From: Candidatus Aenigmatarchaeota archaeon
GTDB lineage: Archaea; Aenigmatarchaeota; Aenigmatarchaeia; QMZP01
Direction of reading: 5' to 3'
Length of the DNA stretch: 49,362 nt
Assembly: GCA_039091855.1 (NCBI GenBank)
Contig: JAWCLA010000001.1
Location: forward strand, 13,267 to 62,628
The translations under genes and the position numbers were made by a program. The notes under the pieces were generated by a model, which made no database searches, was not told the DNA's origin, and worked only from the letters and a program-made list of their open reading frames with translations. Shown piece after piece: positions 37,441 through 45,198 of the stretch. The first letter of the stretch is position 1; each line of letters starts with the position of its first letter.

Positions 37441-37676
37441 TGGGGTCGCTGGGATTCCCATTTTATGCACAATAAGCCGTATTATCAGCCTCTTGCGTAA
37501 ATCCCTTTCTTTGGGATAATCCCTACACCTTTCTTTCGGGAAAGAAAGGGGTTGGGCTTTGAACCCAGATGAGCCGGTTTCGCCTCTTCACTGCTTTGCA
37601 AGCAAAGCTCATATTTCCAAACGCAAGCGCTAAGCGCTGTCTGGAGCCGGCCAGGTTGCCGTTGCCTCACGACCCC
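37441..37676 (-). tRNA. tRNA-Trp(CCA) with two introns (about 62 nt at 37/38, about 103 nt in the T-loop at 59/60)
   Basis: Exons 37676-37641, 37578-37558 and 37454-37441 give 71 nt. Acceptor GGGGTCG/CGACCCC, anticodon arm GCCGG-CTCCAGA-CCGGC, T arm CTGGG-TTCAAAT-CCCAG, D arm AGGC-AACGGCA-ACCT with one mismatch. Confidence 0.75.
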
Positions 37677-37679
37677 TAA

Positions 37680-37906
37680 AGCCCCGGGCGCGGCTTTCAA
37701 ATAAAGAGGCTTTATTTATCCGTTATTAGCCGCCAATCTTTATTGAACGCGCGACCTCCCCATTACCAGCGGGGTGCTCTCTATCGGCTCCTTTTCTGCA
37801 GGCGGTTTCTCCCTGAAGGCCGTCGTTTTGAAGGGGTTTTGCTCTACGGCCTTTTGGATGAAGCCAGCAGGCTCGAAAAGGCCGTAACCGACTGAGCTAC
37901 CGAGGC
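37680..37906 (-). tRNA. tRNA-Thr(GGU) with two introns (about 106 nt in the D-loop, about 48 nt in the T-loop near 59/60)
   Basis: Exons 37906-37887, 37780-37742 and 37693-37680 give 73 nt. Acceptor GCCTCGG/CCGGGGC, D arm GCTC-AGTCGGTA-GAGC, anticodon arm CCCCG-CTGGTAA-TGGGG, T arm GCGCG-TTCAATC-CGCGC. Only 3 nt separate it from tRNA-Trp. Confidence 0.75.
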
Positions 37907-37959
37907 TTAATAATATTTCCTATATAAATTAATAGCTTAATTAAGGCTTGTTTGATAAT

Positions 37960-38460
37960 ATGAAAGAGTATTTTCAGGTTGTGGACAGGAATGACAGGGT
38001 CATAGGGAAAGCCACAAGGGAGCGCTGTCACTCGAGCAGGGAGATTATACACAGGGCAGTGGCTGTTGTCGTCCTAAACAAAAAAGGCGAAATACTTCTT
38101 GAGAAAAGAAGCCTCAAAAAAGATATGGAGCCGGGAAAGTGGGGGCTTGTCGCAGGTCATGTCAGCCCTGGAGAAAGTTATGAGGAGGCCGCAGTAAGGG
38201 AGATTGAAGAGGAAATAGGGATAAAGCCTGAAAAACTCAGTCAGCTTTTCAAGGTTTTTTTCAGGACAGAAAAGGAATCCGAGATTATAAAATGCTTCTC
38301 CTGCGTTTGCGAAGGCCCTTTCAAATTTAACAGGGAAGAGATGGATGAGGTAAGGTTTTTTTCAAAAGATGAAGTTAAAAAAGCCCTTGAAAAAAGCTTA
38401 ATTAAAATAACAGAATCCGACACTATCATACTGAAGAGATTTTTAAGAATCAGGCAGTAA
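37960..38460 (+). CDS. NUDIX hydrolase (IDI-related subfamily, lacking the IDI catalytic Cys)
   Basis: Nudix box GHVSPGESYEEAAVREIEEEIGI preceded by IIHRAVAVVVLNKKGEILLEKR. ATG at 37960 (the ORF track starts at TTG 37948). Confidence 0.8.
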   Translation: MKEYFQVVDRNDRVIGKATRERCHSSREIIHRAVAVVVLNKKGEILLEKRSLKKDMEPGKWGLVAGHVSPGESYEEAAVREIEEEIGIKPEKLSQLFKVFFRTEKESEIIKCFSCVCEGPFKFNREEMDEVRFFSKDEVKKALEKSLIKITESDTIILKRFLRIRQ

Positions 38461-39247
38461 TTATCGTACCAATGCCTTTCTTTCCTAAAAGCGCCTTTCC
38501 CAAATTACCTTCCTTGAGACCGTTTATTATCTCACACTCAGTTCCCGACTTTGCAAGCTCAAGGCAAAGCTCAACCTTGTGAAGCATGCCACCCGTGACA
38601 TCTATCCCGTCAGATGACGTCAGGTATTTTTTTACTTCAGGAAAAGTTTTCTGGTTGATTTTTGGTATGAGTTTTGCCGATTTTTCCTTGTTGGGATCAG
38701 CATTGAAAACACCATCAACCTTTCCGCACATTATTATCCTTTCAGGCTTGAATTTCTTTGCAAGAAAGGAGAATATCTCCTCTGTCGAGAGTATGCAGCA
38801 TCCCTTTGAAACATCCATCCCTACGTCACCATAAACAACAGGAAGAATGCCGCAGTCGAGCATTTTTTCAACAGGCTTTGTATAGCCCTCGATTATCTTA
38901 CCGTTTCTCGCAATGCAGAATGAGGAAGGCTGGACAGAAACCGCATTTTCCCCTGCCTCTATAAGAGCGCTTACCACTATCCTGTTAAGCCTTGCCGCCG
39001 CGTCTTGAACAAGTGCGAGACCTTTTAGGCTGTCCTTTGAAAAAATCCCTTTTTGTGTCTGGTATCTCCTTGCAGGCTCATGGGGATAGGAACCTCCACC
39101 ATGGCCAATCAAAACCCTCACGTCTTTCTTTCTGGCATTGTGTATTTCATATGCAAGCCTTTTTATCACATCAACCCTTTCGGTAAATGGCTTTGACTTG
39201 TCTGTAATCAAAGAGCCACCGAGCTTTACGAAAACCAAGCTGTCCAT
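38450..39247 (-). CDS. ipk: isopentenyl phosphate kinase (amino-acid kinase fold)
   Basis: VKLGGSLITDK N-terminus, GHGGGSYPH, C-terminal DVTGGM. 265 aa. Last gene of the mevalonate operon. Confidence 0.85.
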   Translation of the reverse strand: MDSLVFVKLGGSLITDKSKPFTERVDVIKRLAYEIHNARKKDVRVLIGHGGGSYPHEPARRYQTQKGIFSKDSLKGLALVQDAAARLNRIVVSALIEAGENAVSVQPSSFCIARNGKIIEGYTKPVEKMLDCGILPVVYGDVGMDVSKGCCILSTEEIFSFLAKKFKPERIIMCGKVDGVFNADPNKEKSAKLIPKINQKTFPEVKKYLTSSDGIDVTGGMLHKVELCLELAKSGTECEIINGLKEGNLGKALLGKKGIGTIITA

Positions 39248-39256
39248 AATTTACCT

Positions 39257-39808
39257 TTATTCCCACCTTTTATAAAGCTCGTTTTCAAAACCGAGGACGT
39301 CAAGAACCTTTCCAACTACATAATTGACCATTTCTTCAACTGTCTTTGGCTTTGAGTAGAACGACAGGACAGGAGGAAGTATTACAGCCCCTGCATCCGA
39401 GGCAATTTTCATATTCCTTATGTGCACCTTACTCAAGGGAGTTTCCCTAACCACGAGCACAAGCCTTCTCCTCTCCTTCAGGCAAACGTCAGCGCACCTC
39501 AAAAGCAGGTTGTACGAAAAACCCGATGCTATTCCTGCAAGCGTTTTCATGCTGCAAGGTATAACAACCATCCCTTCTGTTTTGAAAGAGCCTGAGGCAA
39601 CAGGGGAAAATAAATCAGAATTGTCATAATTTCTGGAGGCAAAATTTTCCACCTGCCTAACAGAAAACCCTGTTTCGTGTTCAAGTATTTTTCTTGCGGT
39701 TTCCGTTATTATAAGATGCGTTTCTGCCTTTCCTCCGAGTTCCTGCAACAGCCTTATCCCAAGAATTGAGCCAGAAGCGCCTGAAATCCCGACTATTATT
39801 CTTTTCAT
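39257..39808 (-). CDS. ubiX: flavin prenyltransferase UbiX
   Basis: MKRIIVGISGASGSILGIRLL, 183 aa, flavoprotein fold pattern. Confidence 0.9.
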   Translation of the reverse strand: MKRIIVGISGASGSILGIRLLQELGGKAETHLIITETARKILEHETGFSVRQVENFASRNYDNSDLFSPVASGSFKTEGMVVIPCSMKTLAGIASGFSYNLLLRCADVCLKERRRLVLVVRETPLSKVHIRNMKIASDAGAVILPPVLSFYSKPKTVEEMVNYVVGKVLDVLGFENELYKRWE

Positions 39809-40206
39809 CTTATCTCCACAATTCCCAAATCACCATCAACAACAACCTTGTCCCCATTCTTGATCTTTGCTATGTCTATCTTGTCAACGCAGGGTATGTC
39901 AGATATTATTGCCCCGACAGCAACTATTGTCTCGCACTCCCTGTTTACAATGGCAGCAGGCGCAACGCCATTTTTCTTTAGCCTCAAAAGCGTATAAGAG
40001 CCGACGGTGGAACCTGAGCCGTTTGGAAATACGAAAACCTTTCCCGCTATTGACCTTCCCTCAAGGTCGTGGCCCTTCTCAACTATGACACCTGTGTTAG
40101 GGTCAACCCCACCATAGAATGATATTGTTTTATTTGAAACAATTGCCTCTCCGGATGCCTTTCCCTTGGAAATCCTTCTCCCCCTCAAGCGCACAACTTT
40201 TATCAT
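39805..40206 (-). CDS. aconitase X small subunit (DUF126): phosphomevalonate dehydratase small subunit
   Basis: MIKVVRLRGRRISKGKASGEAIVS ... ISFYGGVDP ... pattern. Start set to ATG 40206 (ATGA overlap with the large-subunit stop). Confidence 0.8.
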   Translation of the reverse strand: MIKVVRLRGRRISKGKASGEAIVSNKTISFYGGVDPNTGVIVEKGHDLEGRSIAGKVFVFPNGSGSTVGSYTLLRLKKNGVAPAAIVNRECETIVAVGAIISDIPCVDKIDIAKIKNGDKVVVDGDLGIVEIR

Positions 40207-41381
40207 TTTTTCAAGGCCTCCCTTATGCAATCCTCGAGGCTCATAAATCTTGTCTTAAAGCCATTTGAACCCCTTCCATAATAGCAACCCTTTGCTGAAT
40301 TAGTGGCAATTGCCTTAAACCTGCCTTTTAAAGGAGCGACCGCAAGGCACGTGTCTGCCACTATTTTGGCACCGCTTGCCTCTATCTTCTTTGCGAGCCC
40401 CGTTTTCTCAGCAAGCTCCTTTACCTGCCTTGATGTTGTTATCCATGTTTCCTTGCAAACTTTCTTTCCTTTCAGCAAAGACGCTATCCTCCCAATCTCC
40501 TTGATTGAGCAGTGCGGGCAGCCTATAGAAACAAAGTCGACGTCACATTCATCATTAAGGAATTTTATAGCCTCGTTAATATCTTCCTGATTAATTTTTA
40601 TCTTCTCAAAAGGCTCTGATTTTACCCTGTTTGGTGTTATTCCTTCCATATGGAACATCGCTGTCCCGCTGTATGTAGCAAACGAGGCGGAAAAGCTCTT
40701 AAGCTCCTCAAGCGAGGCTTTTTTTATCCCCCTGATTAAAGGAATTTTTTCCTTTGTTCTCCTTCCTATTGCCAACGCAAGAGCGCCAAAAACATCTTCC
40801 CCTTTCACAGGAGCTTCCACATCAACAACAACCTTTGGCTCCCTGTTCTCATCAAGATGGAATCCGTAAAGAGGAGTCCTTCCTGTGATTGCCGCTGCCA
40901 GCGCGCTTGGCCCACCCTCCCTGTTAGTTCTTGCGCCAAGCACAGAATTCGCAAAACAGACAGCAGAGGACTCGCTCCAAGCTATGTGCTCTCCGATTTT
41001 AGGCCTGTATCCAACAATATAGGGTGTGCACGTGCAAGTTATGGTTATGCCAAGCTTCCTGAAAGCCTCTATAACCCTTTTCTGCTTTTCAGCGAAATCC
41101 TCACTTATTCCGAGATTTTTCCAGTCCTGCAGGTCCATTCCAGCAGGATTTAAAGTGGTTTTAACCCTCACCTTTCCATCCTTTGCCATCTCCTCAAGAA
41201 ACCCCAGCCCAGCTTCCCCAAGGTTGTGATATGAAACCCCTGCCACCTGAACTGAGCTGACAGGAACCAGTCTCTCAGCGCCAAATATCTCACCAAGCGC
41301 TACAAGAATCTCCATGCTTTTTTGTGCAGCCCTGCCTTCCTTGCCATCAAGGACGGCTTTCTCTTCCTTTGTCAGAAGCAA
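40203..41381 (-). CDS. aconitase X large subunit (DUF521): phosphomevalonate dehydratase large subunit
   Basis: MLLTKEEKAVLDGKEGRAAQKSMEILVALGE ... SVQVAGVSY ... CTCTPY and CPHCS Fe-S ligand-type Cys. 392 aa. Confidence 0.85.
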   Translation of the reverse strand: MLLTKEEKAVLDGKEGRAAQKSMEILVALGEIFGAERLVPVSSVQVAGVSYHNLGEAGLGFLEEMAKDGKVRVKTTLNPAGMDLQDWKNLGISEDFAEKQKRVIEAFRKLGITITCTCTPYIVGYRPKIGEHIAWSESSAVCFANSVLGARTNREGGPSALAAAITGRTPLYGFHLDENREPKVVVDVEAPVKGEDVFGALALAIGRRTKEKIPLIRGIKKASLEELKSFSASFATYSGTAMFHMEGITPNRVKSEPFEKIKINQEDINEAIKFLNDECDVDFVSIGCPHCSIKEIGRIASLLKGKKVCKETWITTSRQVKELAEKTGLAKKIEASGAKIVADTCLAVAPLKGRFKAIATNSAKGCYYGRGSNGFKTRFMSLEDCIREALKK

Positions 41382-41385
41382 CCAA

Positions 41386-42663
41386 TCACCTTGTGTATTT
41401 TTCTATATTAACAGCAAAGGACGGCTTTAGTCTCAAAAAATCACTTTTCCTCCTGTCCGAAGGTATGGTGGCGTCAATCCCCACCTTTGTTGTTTCTGTT
41501 GTCTGCAGGTTTGATGAAGGATCAAGGGAGGAACCTTTCTCTTTTGGCTTTATCACAAGGTTCTTGTCTGCCTGAAACCTTGTTGCTATTGCCCATTCCA
41601 CATCGTTTGGGTTGTAAATGTCTATGTCTTCATCAACTACAACAACGTGCTTCAGAGACTTGTGCCCTTGGAAAGCGGCCTCTATCGCCTTTTTCCCGTC
41701 ATCAGGACGTCTTTTCTCTATCTGCACTATTGCGTGAAGCCACGAGCACCCGCCTGGCGTAATGACTACATTTTTGCACCTGCAAACCTTGTTAACCTCC
41801 CTGAATATTGTCGGCTCCCTCGGGACTCCCATCAGAATCTTGTGCTCAAAACCGCCAGGCAATAGTGCATGGAAAAATGGGTTTTTTCTGGAAAAGATTT
41901 TTGTTATCTTGAACACGGGCTGCTCCCTGACTATGTCAGGGGTTTCTGTCAAGTCCAGAAACGGGCCCTCCTTTGCCGTTTTCCCTGTGACTTCTGCAAT
42001 CATCACAAACTCGGATTCAGGAGCCAAAATCCCGTCAAAATCAATCAACCTTGTTTCAGAAATGGCATTGGCGATTGAGAGCTCGCTCTTGCCTATCTCA
42101 ACGGATATTGCAGACGCGAGAAGGACCTGCGTGGGATTCCCTATGCATATCGCGAACCTTTTCAAGCCCCTTTTCAAGTATTCGTTCAAATGTCTCGGAA
42201 CAACTCTTGCAACAACCTCATTTTTTGACAAAACCATCATCCTGTGAAAAGAAGAATTGAGCCCGTATTCCTCATCACTTGCCACAACTATCGCTGACGC
42301 TATATAGGGCCCTCCATCCTCCTTGTAGTATGTGAGAATCGGGAGTTTTTTCAGGTCAGGGGGAACCTCCTCATATCCAGAAGGCTTGATTGTTTCTGGT
42401 TTTTTTGGACGATCTATCGCATTGTTGATAACCCTTATCATATCCTCTTTCTTCACACCTATGCTTTCTGCAAGAAGATCCCTTGTGGATATAACATTCG
42501 CCGCGACCTTGTATCCGAACCCTTCAACATTCTCAAAAAAAATCGGCTTCCCGTCCAGACTCTTCATAACAGCGGCCATCTCATACCTTGTAGAGACAGG
42601 CTTGGTTATTTTAACAACCTTACCTTCGCTTTCTATTTTTGCCAGAAAATCTCTGAATAACAT
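41386..42663 (-). CDS. UbiD-family decarboxylase (candidate anhydromevalonate phosphate decarboxylase)
   Basis: FRDFLAKIESEGKVVKITKPVS N-terminus typical of UbiD. 425 aa. Operon context with AcnX, UbiX and IPK. Confidence 0.85.
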   Translation of the reverse strand: MLFRDFLAKIESEGKVVKITKPVSTRYEMAAVMKSLDGKPIFFENVEGFGYKVAANVISTRDLLAESIGVKKEDMIRVINNAIDRPKKPETIKPSGYEEVPPDLKKLPILTYYKEDGGPYIASAIVVASDEEYGLNSSFHRMMVLSKNEVVARVVPRHLNEYLKRGLKRFAICIGNPTQVLLASAISVEIGKSELSIANAISETRLIDFDGILAPESEFVMIAEVTGKTAKEGPFLDLTETPDIVREQPVFKITKIFSRKNPFFHALLPGGFEHKILMGVPREPTIFREVNKVCRCKNVVITPGGCSWLHAIVQIEKRRPDDGKKAIEAAFQGHKSLKHVVVVDEDIDIYNPNDVEWAIATRFQADKNLVIKPKEKGSSLDPSSNLQTTETTKVGIDATIPSDRRKSDFLRLKPSFAVNIEKYTR

Positions 42664-42778
42664 TATAACCCCTAAAAGATTTTTGATAGTTGAATTTAAA
42701 TGTGAAAACTGCTTATATAAGATATATTTATAAATAAATATAACATACTACTGATTAGTGATATAAATTATATAATTT

Positions 42779-43636
42779 ATGAGGTGTATTATGGACATCG
42801 CTGTTGTTAATTGGGATGTTGATAATGTTTGGTATAAGGGAATTTCAACTACATATTGCGCTGAAAAAAGCACATTAGACCCAAAGCCATTTATATATGA
42901 TTTCATAAAAAAGGGATGGTTCACAGAAGAAGACATAAGAAAATGGGACGCTAAATATAATGATAATAAGGGGATAAAAACAGTAGGTAGCCTTTCTAAA
43001 TGCCTGACAGACTTCTTCTACAAAATGAAGAAAAATGAAAAACCCGTAATCACAAGAGATCAGATTATAGAAGGAAAGCAGTCACTATTAAGAGGTATGA
43101 CGATAAAGGACATTATAGAAATTGCAGATTCTGTTGATTTTTCTGATGGTCTTGTAGAAACAATTGAGGACTTCAGAAAAAGAAAAATTTATCAGACAGC
43201 ATTCAGCGACGGTCTTGGACCTTTTGTTTGCTATCTTATGAAAAAGAATAAAATGGATTATAAAGGCTTTGTTCCTGCAATAATGGAGATAGGAGGAGAG
43301 GAGAAACCTTTTGAGGAACATATGCTTGATATTAAAGATGCAAAACTGACAGGCAAAACACTCAAGTTTGATAAAGCAAGTTCATTTTTTAAACACATTG
43401 AAAAGAAGGGACATCCTCTAAATGTCATTGCTGCTATTGATGATTCGGGCGCTAATGTAGAAACTCTGCTACTACCTATTCAGGAAGGTGGTGGTATAGC
43501 TGTTGGTTATAATCCTACGGAAGAACACAAAAAAATATTCTACAAATTCTCTATACCTGTTCTAAAAGGAACAGATTTAAGGCTTTTTGGAGAAATTGTG
43601 AGAAATCCTGGCAAAATAAAAGATTATTGCATATAA
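42779..43636 (+). CDS. HAD-superfamily hydrolase (phosphatase-like, capped)
   Basis: Motif I IAVVNWDVDNV (DxD), motif II QTAFSDG, motif III Lys near KFDK, motif IV AAIDDSGAN. AT-rich. Start may be ATG 42791. Confidence 0.6.
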   Translation: MRCIMDIAVVNWDVDNVWYKGISTTYCAEKSTLDPKPFIYDFIKKGWFTEEDIRKWDAKYNDNKGIKTVGSLSKCLTDFFYKMKKNEKPVITRDQIIEGKQSLLRGMTIKDIIEIADSVDFSDGLVETIEDFRKRKIYQTAFSDGLGPFVCYLMKKNKMDYKGFVPAIMEIGGEEKPFEEHMLDIKDAKLTGKTLKFDKASSFFKHIEKKGHPLNVIAAIDDSGANVETLLLPIQEGGGIAVGYNPTEEHKKIFYKFSIPVLKGTDLRLFGEIVRNPGKIKDYCI

Positions 43637-43649
43637 TTTCAGTGATTTT

Positions 43650-44702
43650 ATGAAACTTCAACCTTATGAGATAGATTCTTCCAGAATGCCAGTTTACTTG
43701 GGCAGTGCACTCCGTGTTCCAGACTACGCTTTTCCTGAATGGGGAATAGATGGAGATGAAAACTGGCTAAGGGAGGAGAGCGACAGTCAGTATGAGATAG
43801 AGTTTAAAGGTGGCTCTACAAAACAGATGAATTATGTAATTGAAGCACTAAGAGAAGCGGGTTTGGAAAATTATTCCCAAATGCTAAGAGATGCTAATGC
43901 AGATCTTGTTTCCAAGATTGTCAAAAAATCAAATGAAAGAGTAAATTATATGGAATTGGGAGCAGGTGTCAGCACAATAACGGTTTATAATAAATTAAGT
44001 GATGATAAAATAGATTTGGAAAGATTGTTCAGCATATTGATTGAGCCTTCCAAGGAAAGGATAGAATCAGCTGCTTCAGAACTTGAAAAGAAGGGCCTGA
44101 AAAGAGAAAAGAACTTCAGAATATATGAAGCAAGAGACATAGATATACCTAAATTTGTGGAACCAAATTCCCAAGACATAGCAAGCTATGTGGCCGTTCT
44201 TCATCATCATGCGTACATTGATACTCCATTAAAGCTGGTTTACAATGCCCTTAAGGACAAAGGTTTTATTATTGTTGCGGACTGGCATAATTCTATGTGG
44301 GAACATCCTAACAGGGTATATGAATTTCTGAGAGATGAATTTGAATGGTCTACAAAGGAAGAAGATTTGAAGATTTTTGTAGAAGTGTATCCAAAGGCAG
44401 TCAAGAAGGCACCTGAATTGTCAAAAATTGACGCCGAAGCCAACAAGCAAATAAAAAGTTTCTGGAAAGGCTGGGCTCGTGTGAGGGAAAGACAAAAGAA
44501 TTGCGGAATATTCAAGCCAGAGGACGATATTTGGATGCTCGAGGCGCACAGACCTGTGGAAAAGCAGAATGAAATAATAGAAAAAGTTGGATACATTCTG
44601 AACTCGCCTGAAGTAATAGAATTGCAAAACCCAAACCCGAGAAGAATTATTCCAGATGCTGGAATACTTTACGTAACTGTTGGACAGAAGCAAATTATGT
44701 GA
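43650..44702 (+). CDS. class I SAM-dependent methyltransferase, substrate unknown
   Basis: Motif I YMELGAGVSTIT, post-I ILIEPS, later IIVADWHN. 350 aa with N- and C-terminal extensions. Confidence 0.65.
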   Translation: MKLQPYEIDSSRMPVYLGSALRVPDYAFPEWGIDGDENWLREESDSQYEIEFKGGSTKQMNYVIEALREAGLENYSQMLRDANADLVSKIVKKSNERVNYMELGAGVSTITVYNKLSDDKIDLERLFSILIEPSKERIESAASELEKKGLKREKNFRIYEARDIDIPKFVEPNSQDIASYVAVLHHHAYIDTPLKLVYNALKDKGFIIVADWHNSMWEHPNRVYEFLRDEFEWSTKEEDLKIFVEVYPKAVKKAPELSKIDAEANKQIKSFWKGWARVRERQKNCGIFKPEDDIWMLEAHRPVEKQNEIIEKVGYILNSPEVIELQNPNPRRIIPDAGILYVTVGQKQIM

Positions 44703-44706
44703 TTTT

Positions 44707-45198
44707 ATGTCAGTATACAAGAAAGTAGCATGGGGGTTATACAACCCGTGATATTGGAAAGGGAAAGGAACTTCTTGTCGCTGAAAGAAAGAAAAAGAGT
44801 GACCCCTGAGACAAGGAGAATATGTAATCCCTGGTGGAGGATTGAAAACTAGTGAGGATTACTTGAATGCAGCAATAAGGGAGGTTTTTGAGGAAACAGG
44901 AATATCAGCAAAACCTGCAATAAAACAACCGAAGTTAAGAAATTTTGAGTTCAAGAACAGCAAAATATCCGGACACACAGAAAATGGTGAAATATTTTTG
45001 GAATATATAGACAGTGGAAAAGCATATCAGGGCAGAATTGTATTTCTTGAGCCAATTGATCCACTACAAGAGCCTGAAGAACAGACAGAAAGTGACGCAA
45101 GAAACCCAAGATATATCTCGGTTATGCAAATCCCGAAAATGAAAGACAGGTTCATGCCAGCATGTCAGCTCCTGCTCGATTTAATAGAAGAAGGTTAA
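44707..45198 (+). pseudogene. NUDIX hydrolase gene disrupted by at least two frameshifts
   Basis: Three consecutive frames carry the parts. MSVYKKVAWGLYNP* runs 44707-44751. ...DIGKGKELLVAERKKKSDP* runs to 44809. (P)LRQGEYVIPGGGLKTSEDYLNAAIREVFEETGI... runs 44803-45198. The Nudix box is intact only in the last piece, which has no ATG upstream. Confidence 0.6.

Noticed and set aside
37579-37640. Box C/D sRNA inside the tRNA-Trp intron (as in some euryarchaea)
   Set aside because: There is no RUGAUGA box C (only AUAUGAG and GUGAAGA near-misses) and no CUGA box D in the 62-nt intron.
37485-37700. 71-aa ORF in the 37440-37910 region
   Set aside because: It lies entirely within the tRNA-Trp and tRNA-Thr genes, whose cloverleaf parts fit perfectly.
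37960-38460. Calling the Nudix protein type 1 IPP isomerase (idi)
   Set aside because: The conserved IDI catalytic Cys context (WTNSCCSHP-like) is replaced by WGLVAGHV. Only the generic Nudix box is supported.
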